This document shows, in pieces, positions 16,762 to 25,382 of a stretch of DNA of 64,000 nucleotides. The notes below the pieces were generated by a model, which was given only the letters and a program-made list of their open reading frames with translations, was not told the origin of the DNA and ran no database searches. The DNA lies in assembly GCA_041645555.1 (NCBI GenBank), contig JBAZPX010000001.1:22505-86504 (forward strand), written 5' to 3'. Every line of letters begins with the position of its first letter. Position 1 is the stretch's first letter. This DNA comes from Patescibacteria group bacterium. GTDB taxonomy: Bacteria; Patescibacteriota; Patescibacteriia; Patescibacteriales; JAQTRU01. The position numbers were made by a program, and so were the translations under genes.

Positions 16762-18024
16762 ATGTATAAACAAAAAAAATTAAAAAACGGTTTAAATTTA
16801 ATAACCGTGCCCATGACCGGGACGAAAACCATAACGATTTTGGTAATGGTTAAAACCGGGTCTAAATATGAAAATAAGAAAAATAACGGCATTTCCCATT
16901 TTTTAGAGCACATGTTTTTTAAAGGAACGAGAAAGCGGCCGACGACTTTAGCGATTGCCGGCGAACTTGATAAAGTTGGAGCGGAATTTAACGCTTTTAC
17001 TTCAAAAGAATATACGGGCTACTTCGTAAAGGTTGATAGTTCAAAGATAAAATTGGCAGTTGATATTGTGAGCGACATGCTCTTAAACTCTAAATTCGAC
17101 CCAAAAGAAATTGAGCGGGAAAGAGGGGTAATTATTGAAGAAATAAATATGCGCCACGACAACCCCATGATCCATATTGAGGACGTTTTTGAAGAGTGCC
17201 TTTACGGCGACAGTCCGGCCGGCTGGGAAGTGATCGGGGAGAAAAAAACTGTCTTGAAACTATCTCGGCAGGATTTACTTAATTATATAAAATCGCAATA
17301 TGGAACGGGTAGCGTAATTATCTGCTTAGCCGGCAATATTAAGGGCGGTAGTGAAAAGTTAATCAGCCGTTATTTTTCCCGTTTAGGAAAAACAGATTTT
17401 AAAGATAAAGTAAAAATAAAAGAAAAGCAGGCAAAGCCGCAAATTAAGATTTATTATAAAAAAACCGGGCAGGCCAATATTTCTTTGGGGGTAAGAGGAA
17501 TTCCGGTCGGCCACAAGGATGAATTTATTTTAAAAGTTTTATCTATTATTTTGGGCGGATCAATGAGTTCCCGCCTGTTTACGGAATTAAGGGAAAGAAA
17601 GGGTCTCGCTTATTACGTCCGGACCCAGGCCGAGTTTTACACGGATAGCGGCTATTTAACCACGCAGGCCGGCGTGCCGGTCGGGAAAGTTACCGAAGCC
17701 ATAAAAATAATTTTAGCTGAATATAAAAAGCTGAAAGATGCCTTAGTGGGCGGCAAAGAATTAAAAAGAACTAAAGATTTAATCCGCGGCCGCTCGGTAA
17801 TAAAGCTAGAAGCGTCTGACGATATGGCCGGCTGGTATGCGGAGCGGGCAATTTTGGAAGGTAAGGTTTTACCGCCGGATAATTTTTTTAGAAAAATAGA
17901 CGAGGTAAAGGCCAAAGATATAAAGGCCGAAGCGAAAAAGATTTTTGTAAACAAATGTTTAAATTTAGCCATCATCGGGCCGTTTAAAGATAAAAAAAGA
18001 TTTGAGAGGATTTTAAAGTTTTAG
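16762..18024 (+). CDS. M16 (pitrilysin/insulinase) family zinc peptidase
   Basis: HFLEHMFFKGT (HxxEH inverted zinc motif) and the two-domain length typical of M16B. Confidence 0.85.
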   Translation: MYKQKKLKNGLNLITVPMTGTKTITILVMVKTGSKYENKKNNGISHFLEHMFFKGTRKRPTTLAIAGELDKVGAEFNAFTSKEYTGYFVKVDSSKIKLAVDIVSDMLLNSKFDPKEIERERGVIIEEINMRHDNPMIHIEDVFEECLYGDSPAGWEVIGEKKTVLKLSRQDLLNYIKSQYGTGSVIICLAGNIKGGSEKLISRYFSRLGKTDFKDKVKIKEKQAKPQIKIYYKKTGQANISLGVRGIPVGHKDEFILKVLSIILGGSMSSRLFTELRERKGLAYYVRTQAEFYTDSGYLTTQAGVPVGKVTEAIKIILAEYKKLKDALVGGKELKRTKDLIRGRSVIKLEASDDMAGWYAERAILEGKVLPPDNFFRKIDEVKAKDIKAEAKKIFVNKCLNLAIIGPFKDKKRFERILKF

Positions 18025-18142
18025 ATTTAGCAAGATGAAATATTAGAGGAGAGGCCTCTGGCGTTTCTCTTTTTTTATTTGCTGATTTAATGATTATTAG
18101 CTATGATTATAGTATGGACCCGCCTCCGTCCCGCAATTTTGC

Positions 18143-18203
18143 GGGGCTTCGGCGAGGAAAGCCCGCCTTCGTTTTTCAACTTAATTTAGGGGCTTCGGCG
18201 AGG
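18143..18203. repeat. direct repeat of ggggcttcggcgagg (two copies 46 bp apart) within a cluster of GC-rich palindromes
   Basis: Copies at 18143-18157 and 18189-18203, with adjacent hairpin ccgcaattttgcgg. Confidence 0.75.
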
Positions 18204-18219
18204 CAAGAAACCAAACAAA

Positions 18220-21200
18220 ATGGAACAGAATTTAATGGAAAATTTAAATAAGGAGCAACTGAAAGCCGTCCTTCACAAGGATGGTCCTTTGTTAATCGTG
18301 GCCGGAGCCGGCACAGGAAAAACCACGGTTATTACCCAGAGAATCGCCTATATTATTGAGCAAGGCTGGGCGAAATCAGATGAGATTTTAGCTTTAACTT
18401 TTACGGAAAAAGCGGCCGGAGAAATGGAAGAGCGGGTTGATAGATTATTGCCTATGGGCTATCTAGATTTATGGATTTCCACTTTTCATGGTTTTGGTGA
18501 GAGGATTTTAAAAGAGCACGGCTTAGACATCGGGCTGCCTAATGATTCCAAATTGCTTAATGAATTTGAACAATATTCTTTAGTGAAAAAAAATCTGGAT
18601 AAATTTGATTTGGATTATTACCGGCCGATGGGCAATCCGACAAAATTTATCCATGCTTTGATAAAACATTTTTCCCGGGCTAAAGACGAAGACATTAGCC
18701 CGGCGCAGTATTTGGAGTATGCCCAAGAACTTAAGGAAAATTTGGATGGAATGTTAAGTGGGAATAAAAAAGTCATCACCGCCAAGGCGGGACAGGAAAG
18801 TCAAAAGTCAAAAGTCAAAAGTCTTTCAAATAAGGATGATGTTGATAAAGAAATAGCGGCACAGGAAGTGGCACGGATAAACGAAGTGGCGAATGCTTAT
18901 CATATTTATCAGCAATTACTGCTGGATAGCAATGCTTTAGATTTTGGAGATTTAATAAATTATTGCTTAAAATTATTCCGCGACCGGCCGGCGATTTTAG
19001 AAAAATACCGGAAGCAATTTAAATATATTTTACTGGATGAATTTCAGGATACTAACTGGGCGCAGTATGAACTCATAAAAATGCTGGCTAGCCCGAAAAA
19101 TAATTTGGTGGTCGTTGGCGACGATGACCAGTCAATTTATAAATTCCGCGGAGCTTCGGTTTCCAATATTTTGCAGTTTAAAAAAGATTATCCGCAGGCC
19201 GAGCAGATTTTTTTGGTAAATAATTACCGCAATAAACAAAATATTCTGGATTTATCTTATAAATTCATAAAGCAGAATGACCCGAACAGATTAGAATACC
19301 AATTACAAAAAAGTCAAAAGTCAAAAGTCACCCGCCTACCGGCGAGGCAGGAAAGTCAAAAGTTGAATAAGGAGTTAATAGCTGACAATAAGGGAGAGGG
19401 AGTGATAGAGGTTATAGAAGGAAAGAATTTGACCGAAGAAATAAAGGCAGTAATTGAAAAAATTGCGGATTTAAAAATTAAAGATAAAAATTCTACCTGG
19501 GACGATTTTGCAATTTTAGTCCGGGCGAATGAAAGCGCTAAAGAAATTTGTTCCTTTTTAGCCGCGGCCCAACTGCCTTATCAGTTTCTATCTTCCCGCG
19601 GCCTCTATACCAAGCCGGTAATAATGGACTTAATTGCTTATTTAAAATTACTGGACGATTATCACGAAAGCATAGCCGCTTACCGCGTTTTAAATCTGCC
19701 GATTTTTAATTTTACTTACCATGAGTTGGTCAATTTTAATTATTGGGCCAGTAAAAAAGCCTGGTCGCTTTATGAAATTCTGCGCAATGTTTCCGTCTTA
19801 AATTTAGGCGCGGAAGTCCAAAAAAAAGCCGAGGCGGTTTTGGCTTTAATCGCCAAGCACACGGGCTTAACGCGGGAGAAAAATGTCAGTGAAGTTATTT
19901 TAGCTTTTCTTAATGACAGCGGTTATTTAAAATATTTATTAGCGCAGGACGAGCAAAAAAGCCGGGAGACGGCCGGCTACCTTAACCAGTTTATGAAAAG
20001 AGTGGGAGAATTTGAAAAAGGCAGTGATGATAAAAGCGTTAAGGCTTTTTTAGACCAACTGCAGATGGAAATTGACGCCGGGGAAGAGGGAACCATGCCG
20101 GTTGACTGGGAGGCCGGCCCGGAAACGATTAAAGTAATGACAGTCCATGGAGCCAAGGGCTTGGAATTTAAGTATGTTTTTATTGCCGGTTTAGTGGACA
20201 AGCGTTTCCCGACGATTGAAAGAAGCGAACAAATTGAAATTCCGGACGCCCTAGTTAAAGAAATTTTGCCGGAAGGCGATATTCATTTGGAAGAAGAGAG
20301 GCGATTGTTTTATGTGGCTATGACTCGGGCGAAAAATGATCTGTATTTTTCCTGGGCGTCGGATTATGGCGGAGCCCGGCTTAAAAAACCTTCCCGTTTT
20401 TTAACAGAATGTGGGCTTATAAAAGAAAGCCCCACTACGCCAAAGCGCAATATTCCCGACGAAGATATTTTAAGAAATAAACCGATTATGGCCAGAGATA
20501 AAACTATTAACTTCTCCGTGCCGTCGTATTTTTCTTATACCCAGCTAGCGGCTTTTTCAAATTGTCCTTACCAATACCGCTTTGCCCATATTTTAAGGGT
20601 TCCGGTCAGAGGTAAGCACGTCTTTTCTTTCGGCAAAACCCTGCATATTACTTTGCAGAAATTATTCAGTTTAATTGAAGAAAAAAAGAAACGCAAACAG
20701 ACGGATTTGTTCGGCGCTTCGGCAAACTCAGCCCAGGCAGATAAAAAAGATGTTAAGATTAGTTTGGAAGAAATTTTAAAACTATATGAGCAATCCTGGA
20801 TTAATGACTGGTATGAGAATAAAGCGCGGAAAGAGGAATATAAAAAGAAAGGCAAGGAAATTTTAAGACAGTTTTATGAAAAAAATAAAAATGACTGGCC
20901 GAATGCTATTTTCCTGGAAAAGGGTTTTAACACTAAAGTTAAAGTTGGCAATGAATTGTATACGGTGCGCGGGGTAATGGACAGGATTGATGAGACAAAC
21001 GGCCACCGCCAAGGCGGGGCAGGGAAAATAAAGATTATTGACTATAAAACCGGAAACCCGAAGGATAAACTGGTTTTTGAAGAAAAGTATCAGTTATTAA
21101 TTTATCAGCTGGCGGCGCAAGAACTTTTCCGCCAGGAAATTGATTCTTTAACTTTTTATTATTTAGATAATAACACCGAAGTTAAATTTTTAGGCAGCCA

Positions 21201-21336
21201 GGATGAGCTGGAAAAAACAAAAGAAAAAATTATCAATACGATTGCCGAAATAAAAAAAGGCGAATTCCCTCCCAAGCCGTCGGCGCTTTGTAAATTTTGC
21301 GACTTTTTCGATATCTGCGAATTTAGGAAGAGTTAA
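18220..21336 (+). CDS. UvrD/PcrA-type superfamily 1 helicase fused to a C-terminal PD-(D/E)xK, Cys-cluster (Cas4/AddB-like) nuclease
   Basis: Walker A AGAGTGKT, DEFQDTN and helicase motifs through VHGAKGLEF. The C-terminus has FSNCPYQYRF, RIDE...IIDYKTG and CKFCDFFDIC. Confidence 0.85.
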   Translation: MEQNLMENLNKEQLKAVLHKDGPLLIVAGAGTGKTTVITQRIAYIIEQGWAKSDEILALTFTEKAAGEMEERVDRLLPMGYLDLWISTFHGFGERILKEHGLDIGLPNDSKLLNEFEQYSLVKKNLDKFDLDYYRPMGNPTKFIHALIKHFSRAKDEDISPAQYLEYAQELKENLDGMLSGNKKVITAKAGQESQKSKVKSLSNKDDVDKEIAAQEVARINEVANAYHIYQQLLLDSNALDFGDLINYCLKLFRDRPAILEKYRKQFKYILLDEFQDTNWAQYELIKMLASPKNNLVVVGDDDQSIYKFRGASVSNILQFKKDYPQAEQIFLVNNYRNKQNILDLSYKFIKQNDPNRLEYQLQKSQKSKVTRLPARQESQKLNKELIADNKGEGVIEVIEGKNLTEEIKAVIEKIADLKIKDKNSTWDDFAILVRANESAKEICSFLAAAQLPYQFLSSRGLYTKPVIMDLIAYLKLLDDYHESIAAYRVLNLPIFNFTYHELVNFNYWASKKAWSLYEILRNVSVLNLGAEVQKKAEAVLALIAKHTGLTREKNVSEVILAFLNDSGYLKYLLAQDEQKSRETAGYLNQFMKRVGEFEKGSDDKSVKAFLDQLQMEIDAGEEGTMPVDWEAGPETIKVMTVHGAKGLEFKYVFIAGLVDKRFPTIERSEQIEIPDALVKEILPEGDIHLEEERRLFYVAMTRAKNDLYFSWASDYGGARLKKPSRFLTECGLIKESPTTPKRNIPDEDILRNKPIMARDKTINFSVPSYFSYTQLAAFSNCPYQYRFAHILRVPVRGKHVFSFGKTLHITLQKLFSLIEEKKKRKQTDLFGASANSAQADKKDVKISLEEILKLYEQSWINDWYENKARKEEYKKKGKEILRQFYEKNKNDWPNAIFLEKGFNTKVKVGNELYTVRGVMDRIDETNGHRQGGAGKIKIIDYKTGNPKDKLVFEEKYQLLIYQLAAQELFRQEIDSLTFYYLDNNTEVKFLGSQDELEKTKEKIINTIAEIKKGEFPPKPSALCKFCDFFDICEFRKS

Positions 21337-21430
21337 CGGTGGGATTCTTGGGATGTTTTTGGAGATTTCATTTTGTTATTCCCAATAATCCCAAAGATCT
21401 TGAGAATCTTAAGAATCTCAACAAAAAACT

Positions 21431-21898
21431 ATGGATATAATTTCCCACGCTTTGTGGACAAATCTAATCTTTAAAGAACTGCCGCTTGAGCAAAGAGGTA
21501 TGGCGGTTTTATTTGGGGTGCTGCCGGATCTTATCAGTTTTTCTTCTTTAACTATCAGACATTTTGTCAGAAAGACTCTTCATTTTGAAGCTCCGCCCCT
21601 GGCAACCATACCCAGATATGTTTTTAAACTTTATGATGTTACCCATAGTTTAGTTATTTGGCTGGCGATATTTTTAGTTTTAAAAATTTTAGGTTTAGAT
21701 CTGGTGCTGGTGGTTTTCTACGCCTGGGGGTTGCATATTCTCTTGGATATTTTTACCCATACAACCGCATTTTTCCCCACTCCCATTCTTTGGCCATTTT
21801 CCCGTTTCCATTTTTCCGGCACAAACTGGTCCAATAAATGGTTTATGCTTTTTAACTACGCGGTTTTGCTGTTTATGTATTTGGTGTTTTATTTTTAA
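21431..21898 (+). CDS. small polytopic membrane protein, possibly a YdjM/DUF457-like metal-dependent hydrolase
   Basis: 155 aa with four hydrophobic segments and conserved-looking His residues (SHALW, THS, HILLDIFTH). Weak assignment. Confidence 0.4.
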   Translation: MDIISHALWTNLIFKELPLEQRGMAVLFGVLPDLISFSSLTIRHFVRKTLHFEAPPLATIPRYVFKLYDVTHSLVIWLAIFLVLKILGLDLVLVVFYAWGLHILLDIFTHTTAFFPTPILWPFSRFHFSGTNWSNKWFMLFNYAVLLFMYLVFYF

Positions 21899-21900
21899 AA

Positions 21901-21960
21901 CTACGAATTACGAATTTATACGAATTTACGAATCGAATTTTGAGATTTGTGAATTCGGGA
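21901..21960. repeat. heptamer 'tacgaat' word tract
   Basis: ctacgaattacgaatttatacgaatttacgaat; the same word family as the palindrome at 42557-42646. Confidence 0.85.
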
Positions 21961-22013
21961 GAAAGTGGTAAGATTGGAATATAAAGAGTGTTGCGGAGCG
22001 TAGGAACTAAAAT

Positions 22014-22343
22014 ATGAGCAAGAAGATTGCATTCAAGAGCGATAGATTTAAAAAAAACAGAGGTGGATATTCCCGTTGGTTGTTGTTAAGCTGCGAAAAA
22101 TGTAAAAATCCCGTTTTGCTTTACCAAAAGGATGGTCCGGGAATTCTCAAACGTCTCTATATTAATAGAATCGTTGTTCCTAAAATTCTTGCAGACAAAA
22201 ATTTAACCTGTAAAAAATGTAAAAAGGTGCTTGGCATTTGGATAGTATATCAAAAAGAAAATCGGCCAGCCTATAGATTATTTGCTGGCACAATTGAGAA
22301 AAAAATTTTTAAGGGAAATAAGTTACCGAAAATTAATTTTTAG
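22014..22343 (+). CDS. hypothetical zinc-ribbon protein
   Basis: Two CxxC pairs (CEKCKN, CKKCKK) in a 109-aa basic protein. Confidence 0.45.
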   Translation: MSKKIAFKSDRFKKNRGGYSRWLLLSCEKCKNPVLLYQKDGPGILKRLYINRIVVPKILADKNLTCKKCKKVLGIWIVYQKENRPAYRLFAGTIEKKIFKGNKLPKINF

Positions 22344-22371
22344 TTCCGCGGGCGCTTAGATAAGATTAAAT

Positions 22372-23418
22372 ATGGCAAGCAAACAACCCCAAAATTTGAA
22401 GGAAAGAATAATAAATCCGGAAGAACTGGGCAATGACAAAGCTTTGGATTTAACTTTGCGGCCAAAAAGATTAGGCGAATATGTGGGGCAGGACAAAATT
22501 AAGGAAAGCTTAAAAATTACCATGGCCGCGGCGCAAGGGAGAGGCGAGCCGATTGAGCATGTGCTCTTGCATGGCCCGGCCGGTTTGGGGAAAACCACTT
22601 TAGCGCACGTTATTTCCAATGAACTGGGAACGAATATTAAAATTACTTCTGGGCCAGCCATTGAAAAGGGCGGGGATTTAGCGGCAATTCTTACTAATTT
22701 AAGCGAAGGCGATATTTTGTTTATTGACGAGATTCATCGCTTAAATAAAACCATTGAAGAAATTTTGTATCCGGCCATGGAAGATTACGCCCTGGATATT
22801 ATAATTGGCAAGGGGCCGTCCGCCCGGACTTTGCGCATTGATCTGCCGCATTTTACCATAATTGGCGCCACCACCAAAGTAAGTTTATTATCCTCTCCAT
22901 TGCGCGACCGATTCGGACTTACTTACCGCCTGGATTTTTACGGCCTGGAAGATATTAATAAAATTATAAGCCGGAGCGCTAATATTTTAGGAGTAAAAAT
23001 AAAGCCGGAAGCCGTTGCCATTATTTCCGGGCGCTCCCGCCGCACTCCCCGCATTGCCAACCGTTTGTTAAAAAGGGTCAGGGATTATTGCCAAGTCAAA
23101 GGAAACGGGGAAGTGGAAGACGGGACCTGCGAGGAAGCTTTTAAAATACTGGACGTTGATGAATTGGGGCTGGACTGGATTGACCGGAAAATTTTAGAAA
23201 CCATTATTGATAAATTTAACGGCGGGCCGGCCGGCTTAAATGCTATTGCCGCGTCTACGGGGGAAGAAATGGCGACAATTGAAGAAATTTATGAGCCATA
23301 TTTAATGCAGTTAGGTTTTATTGACCGTTCTCCCCGCGGCCGGATTGTCACCGATACCGGCTATAAGCATTTAGGCCGAAAAAGGGACGAGAATAATCCT
23401 GTGAGTTTACGAATTTAG
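22372..23418 (+). CDS. ruvB: Holliday junction branch migration helicase RuvB
   Basis: LRPKRLGEYVGQ, GPAGLGKTTLA, FIDEIHRL and RTPRIANRLLKRVRD. Confidence 0.93.
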   Translation: MASKQPQNLKERIINPEELGNDKALDLTLRPKRLGEYVGQDKIKESLKITMAAAQGRGEPIEHVLLHGPAGLGKTTLAHVISNELGTNIKITSGPAIEKGGDLAAILTNLSEGDILFIDEIHRLNKTIEEILYPAMEDYALDIIIGKGPSARTLRIDLPHFTIIGATTKVSLLSSPLRDRFGLTYRLDFYGLEDINKIISRSANILGVKIKPEAVAIISGRSRRTPRIANRLLKRVRDYCQVKGNGEVEDGTCEEAFKILDVDELGLDWIDRKILETIIDKFNGGPAGLNAIAASTGEEMATIEEIYEPYLMQLGFIDRSPRGRIVTDTGYKHLGRKRDENNPVSLRI

Positions 23419-23467
23419 AGTTGTATTAAATTGGCGGGAAAGCGTAAAGCCGCTCATCACGTTTAAT

Positions 23468-24628
23468 ATGAGGTTAAAAGATTTTGACTACAATTTACCA
23501 AAAAATTTAATTGCCCAAAAACCTATCAAACCGCGAGACCATTCGCGGCTTTTATTACTTTCTAGAAAAACAGGCAAGATAAATCATAAACATTTTTATG
23601 ATATTTTAGATTATTTAAAGCCGGGCGATGTTTTAGTTTTAAACAATTCTAAAGTAATGCCGGCCCGGTTGCTTGGCGAAAAGAAAGAAACCGGGGGAAA
23701 AATTGAAGTTTTTTTACTAAGGAAAAAAATCCCTCCGCCTACGCCAAGGCTTCGGCGGACAAGCCCAACCCCCCTTTTGAAAGAGGGTAATATTTGGCAA
23801 TGCCTTTTGGGCGGTAAAAGGAGAAGAGAGGGGCTAGAAATTAAATTTAGCCAAGGTTTAGAGTGCCGGGTTATTAAAGATAATAAAGATGGTACGTGGG
23901 AAATAAAATTCAGTAAAGGCGGAAAAAAATTTATGAAGGTGGTGGAAAAAATCGGATTAACGCCTTTGCCGCCTTATATAAAGAGGGCCGCCGGACGTCC
24001 GGCTGACAACAAAGATTATCAGACGGTTTATGCCGATGATAAAAAAATTGGTTCCGTAGCCGCTCCGACAGCCGGTTTTCATTTTACCGATGTCTTATTA
24101 AAGAAACTTAAGAAGAAAGGCGTATTATTAGAATATGTTACTTTGCATGTCGGTTTGGGGACATTCGCGCCGGTTAAAGTTGATGATATAAAGAAGCACA
24201 AGATGCATGCGGAATGGGTGGAAGCGGATAAAAAAACCATCGCTGATATTTGTTTAGCTAAATCCGAAGGCAGAAGAATAATAGCGGTTGGGACAACGAG
24301 CGCAAGGACGCTAGAGAGCATTTTTCAAAAATTTCCGAATTCCAGAATTTCCGAATTTCCGAATAAAAATCTGAAATCTGAAATCCCTGCCTTGCCGGCA
24401 GGCAGGTTAGATCTTAAATTAAATGGCTGGACGGATATTTTTATTTATCCCGGCTATAAATTCAAAGCCGTTGATGCTTTAATTACTAATTTCCATCTGC
24501 CGAAATCCACTCTTCTAATGCTGGTTTCGGCTTTGGCCGGAAAGAAAAATATTGACAAGGCTTATAGGCAGGCGATAAAAAAGGAATACCGGTTTTATAG
24601 CTATGGGGATGCGATGTTTATTTATTAA
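23468..24628 (+). CDS. queA: S-adenosylmethionine:tRNA ribosyltransferase-isomerase QueA, carrying two repeat-derived in-frame insertions
   Basis: DFDYNLPKNLIAQKP, PRDHSRLL, APTAGFHFT, GTTSARTLES, GWTDIFIYPGYKFK and ITNFHLPKSTLLMLV. Confidence 0.9.
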   Translation: MRLKDFDYNLPKNLIAQKPIKPRDHSRLLLLSRKTGKINHKHFYDILDYLKPGDVLVLNNSKVMPARLLGEKKETGGKIEVFLLRKKIPPPTPRLRRTSPTPLLKEGNIWQCLLGGKRRREGLEIKFSQGLECRVIKDNKDGTWEIKFSKGGKKFMKVVEKIGLTPLPPYIKRAAGRPADNKDYQTVYADDKKIGSVAAPTAGFHFTDVLLKKLKKKGVLLEYVTLHVGLGTFAPVKVDDIKKHKMHAEWVEADKKTIADICLAKSEGRRIIAVGTTSARTLESIFQKFPNSRISEFPNKNLKSEIPALPAGRLDLKLNGWTDIFIYPGYKFKAVDALITNFHLPKSTLLMLVSALAGKKNIDKAYRQAIKKEYRFYSYGDAMFIY

Positions 24629-24692
24629 GAAACAATGATGGCTAAGGGGTTTGATTTTTTTTGCGTTAAATGTTATAGTTATTATAGTTATA

Positions 24693-24808
24693 GAATAAAA
24701 TAATAAAATAATATAAAAATAAAATAATATAAAAAATATAGGAAGAAATTTTTATTTAAGAGGTTTCTGATTTATTTTGTTATTTTATTATTTTGTTTTT
24801 ATATTTTT
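24693..24808. repeat. AT-rich quasi-palindromic element (copy 1)
   Basis: Shares a 20-nt word (aatataaaaataaaataata, 24710-24729) and a 21-nt word (tattttattattttgttttta, 24781-24801) with 41815-41834 and 41877-41897. Confidence 0.8.
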
Positions 24809-24817
24809 AAAATTCCC

Positions 24818-25381
24818 ATGCTAAGAGGCTTTTTTAGTTTTATTTTTGAACTAATTAAAATCATCGTTATTTCTCTAGTAATCATAATTCCAATCAGGTA
24901 TTTTTTAGTCCAGCCATTTTACGTTAAGGGCGCTTCCATGGAACCTAATTTTTATGACCGTGAGTACCTGATTATTGATGAAATAAGTTATAGATTCAGC
25001 GATCCGGAGAGAGGAGATATTATCGTTTTTCGTTACCCCAAAAATCCGCAGGAATTTTTTATAAAAAGAATTATCGGCCTGCCGGGTGAAAAAATCCAGA
25101 TAAAAGACGGCCAGATCCATATTTCCAACAATAGCAATCCGGATAGTTTTGTTTTAGATGAATCGTATTTGACAAACGGCACTAAAACCTATAGTTTAAC
25201 AGAGGATATTGTAAGTTTAGGCGAAAAAGAATATTTTGTCTTAGGCGACAACCGCAATTCCTCAAAAGATTCCCGCAGTTTCGGGTCGGTTAACCGGAGC
25301 TTTGTAACGGGCAAGGTAGTGCTTCGCGGCTGGCCCTTTAGCCGGATTAGCTTATTTAAGTTACCCGCATATCAATATTAA
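24818..25381 (+). CDS. lepB: signal peptidase I
   Basis: GASMEPN (catalytic Ser), KRIIGLPGE (Lys box) and GDNRNSSKDSR. Confidence 0.88.
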   Translation: MLRGFFSFIFELIKIIVISLVIIIPIRYFLVQPFYVKGASMEPNFYDREYLIIDEISYRFSDPERGDIIVFRYPKNPQEFFIKRIIGLPGEKIQIKDGQIHISNNSNPDSFVLDESYLTNGTKTYSLTEDIVSLGEKEYFVLGDNRNSSKDSRSFGSVNRSFVTGKVVLRGWPFSRISLFKLPAYQY

Positions 25382-25382
25382 T

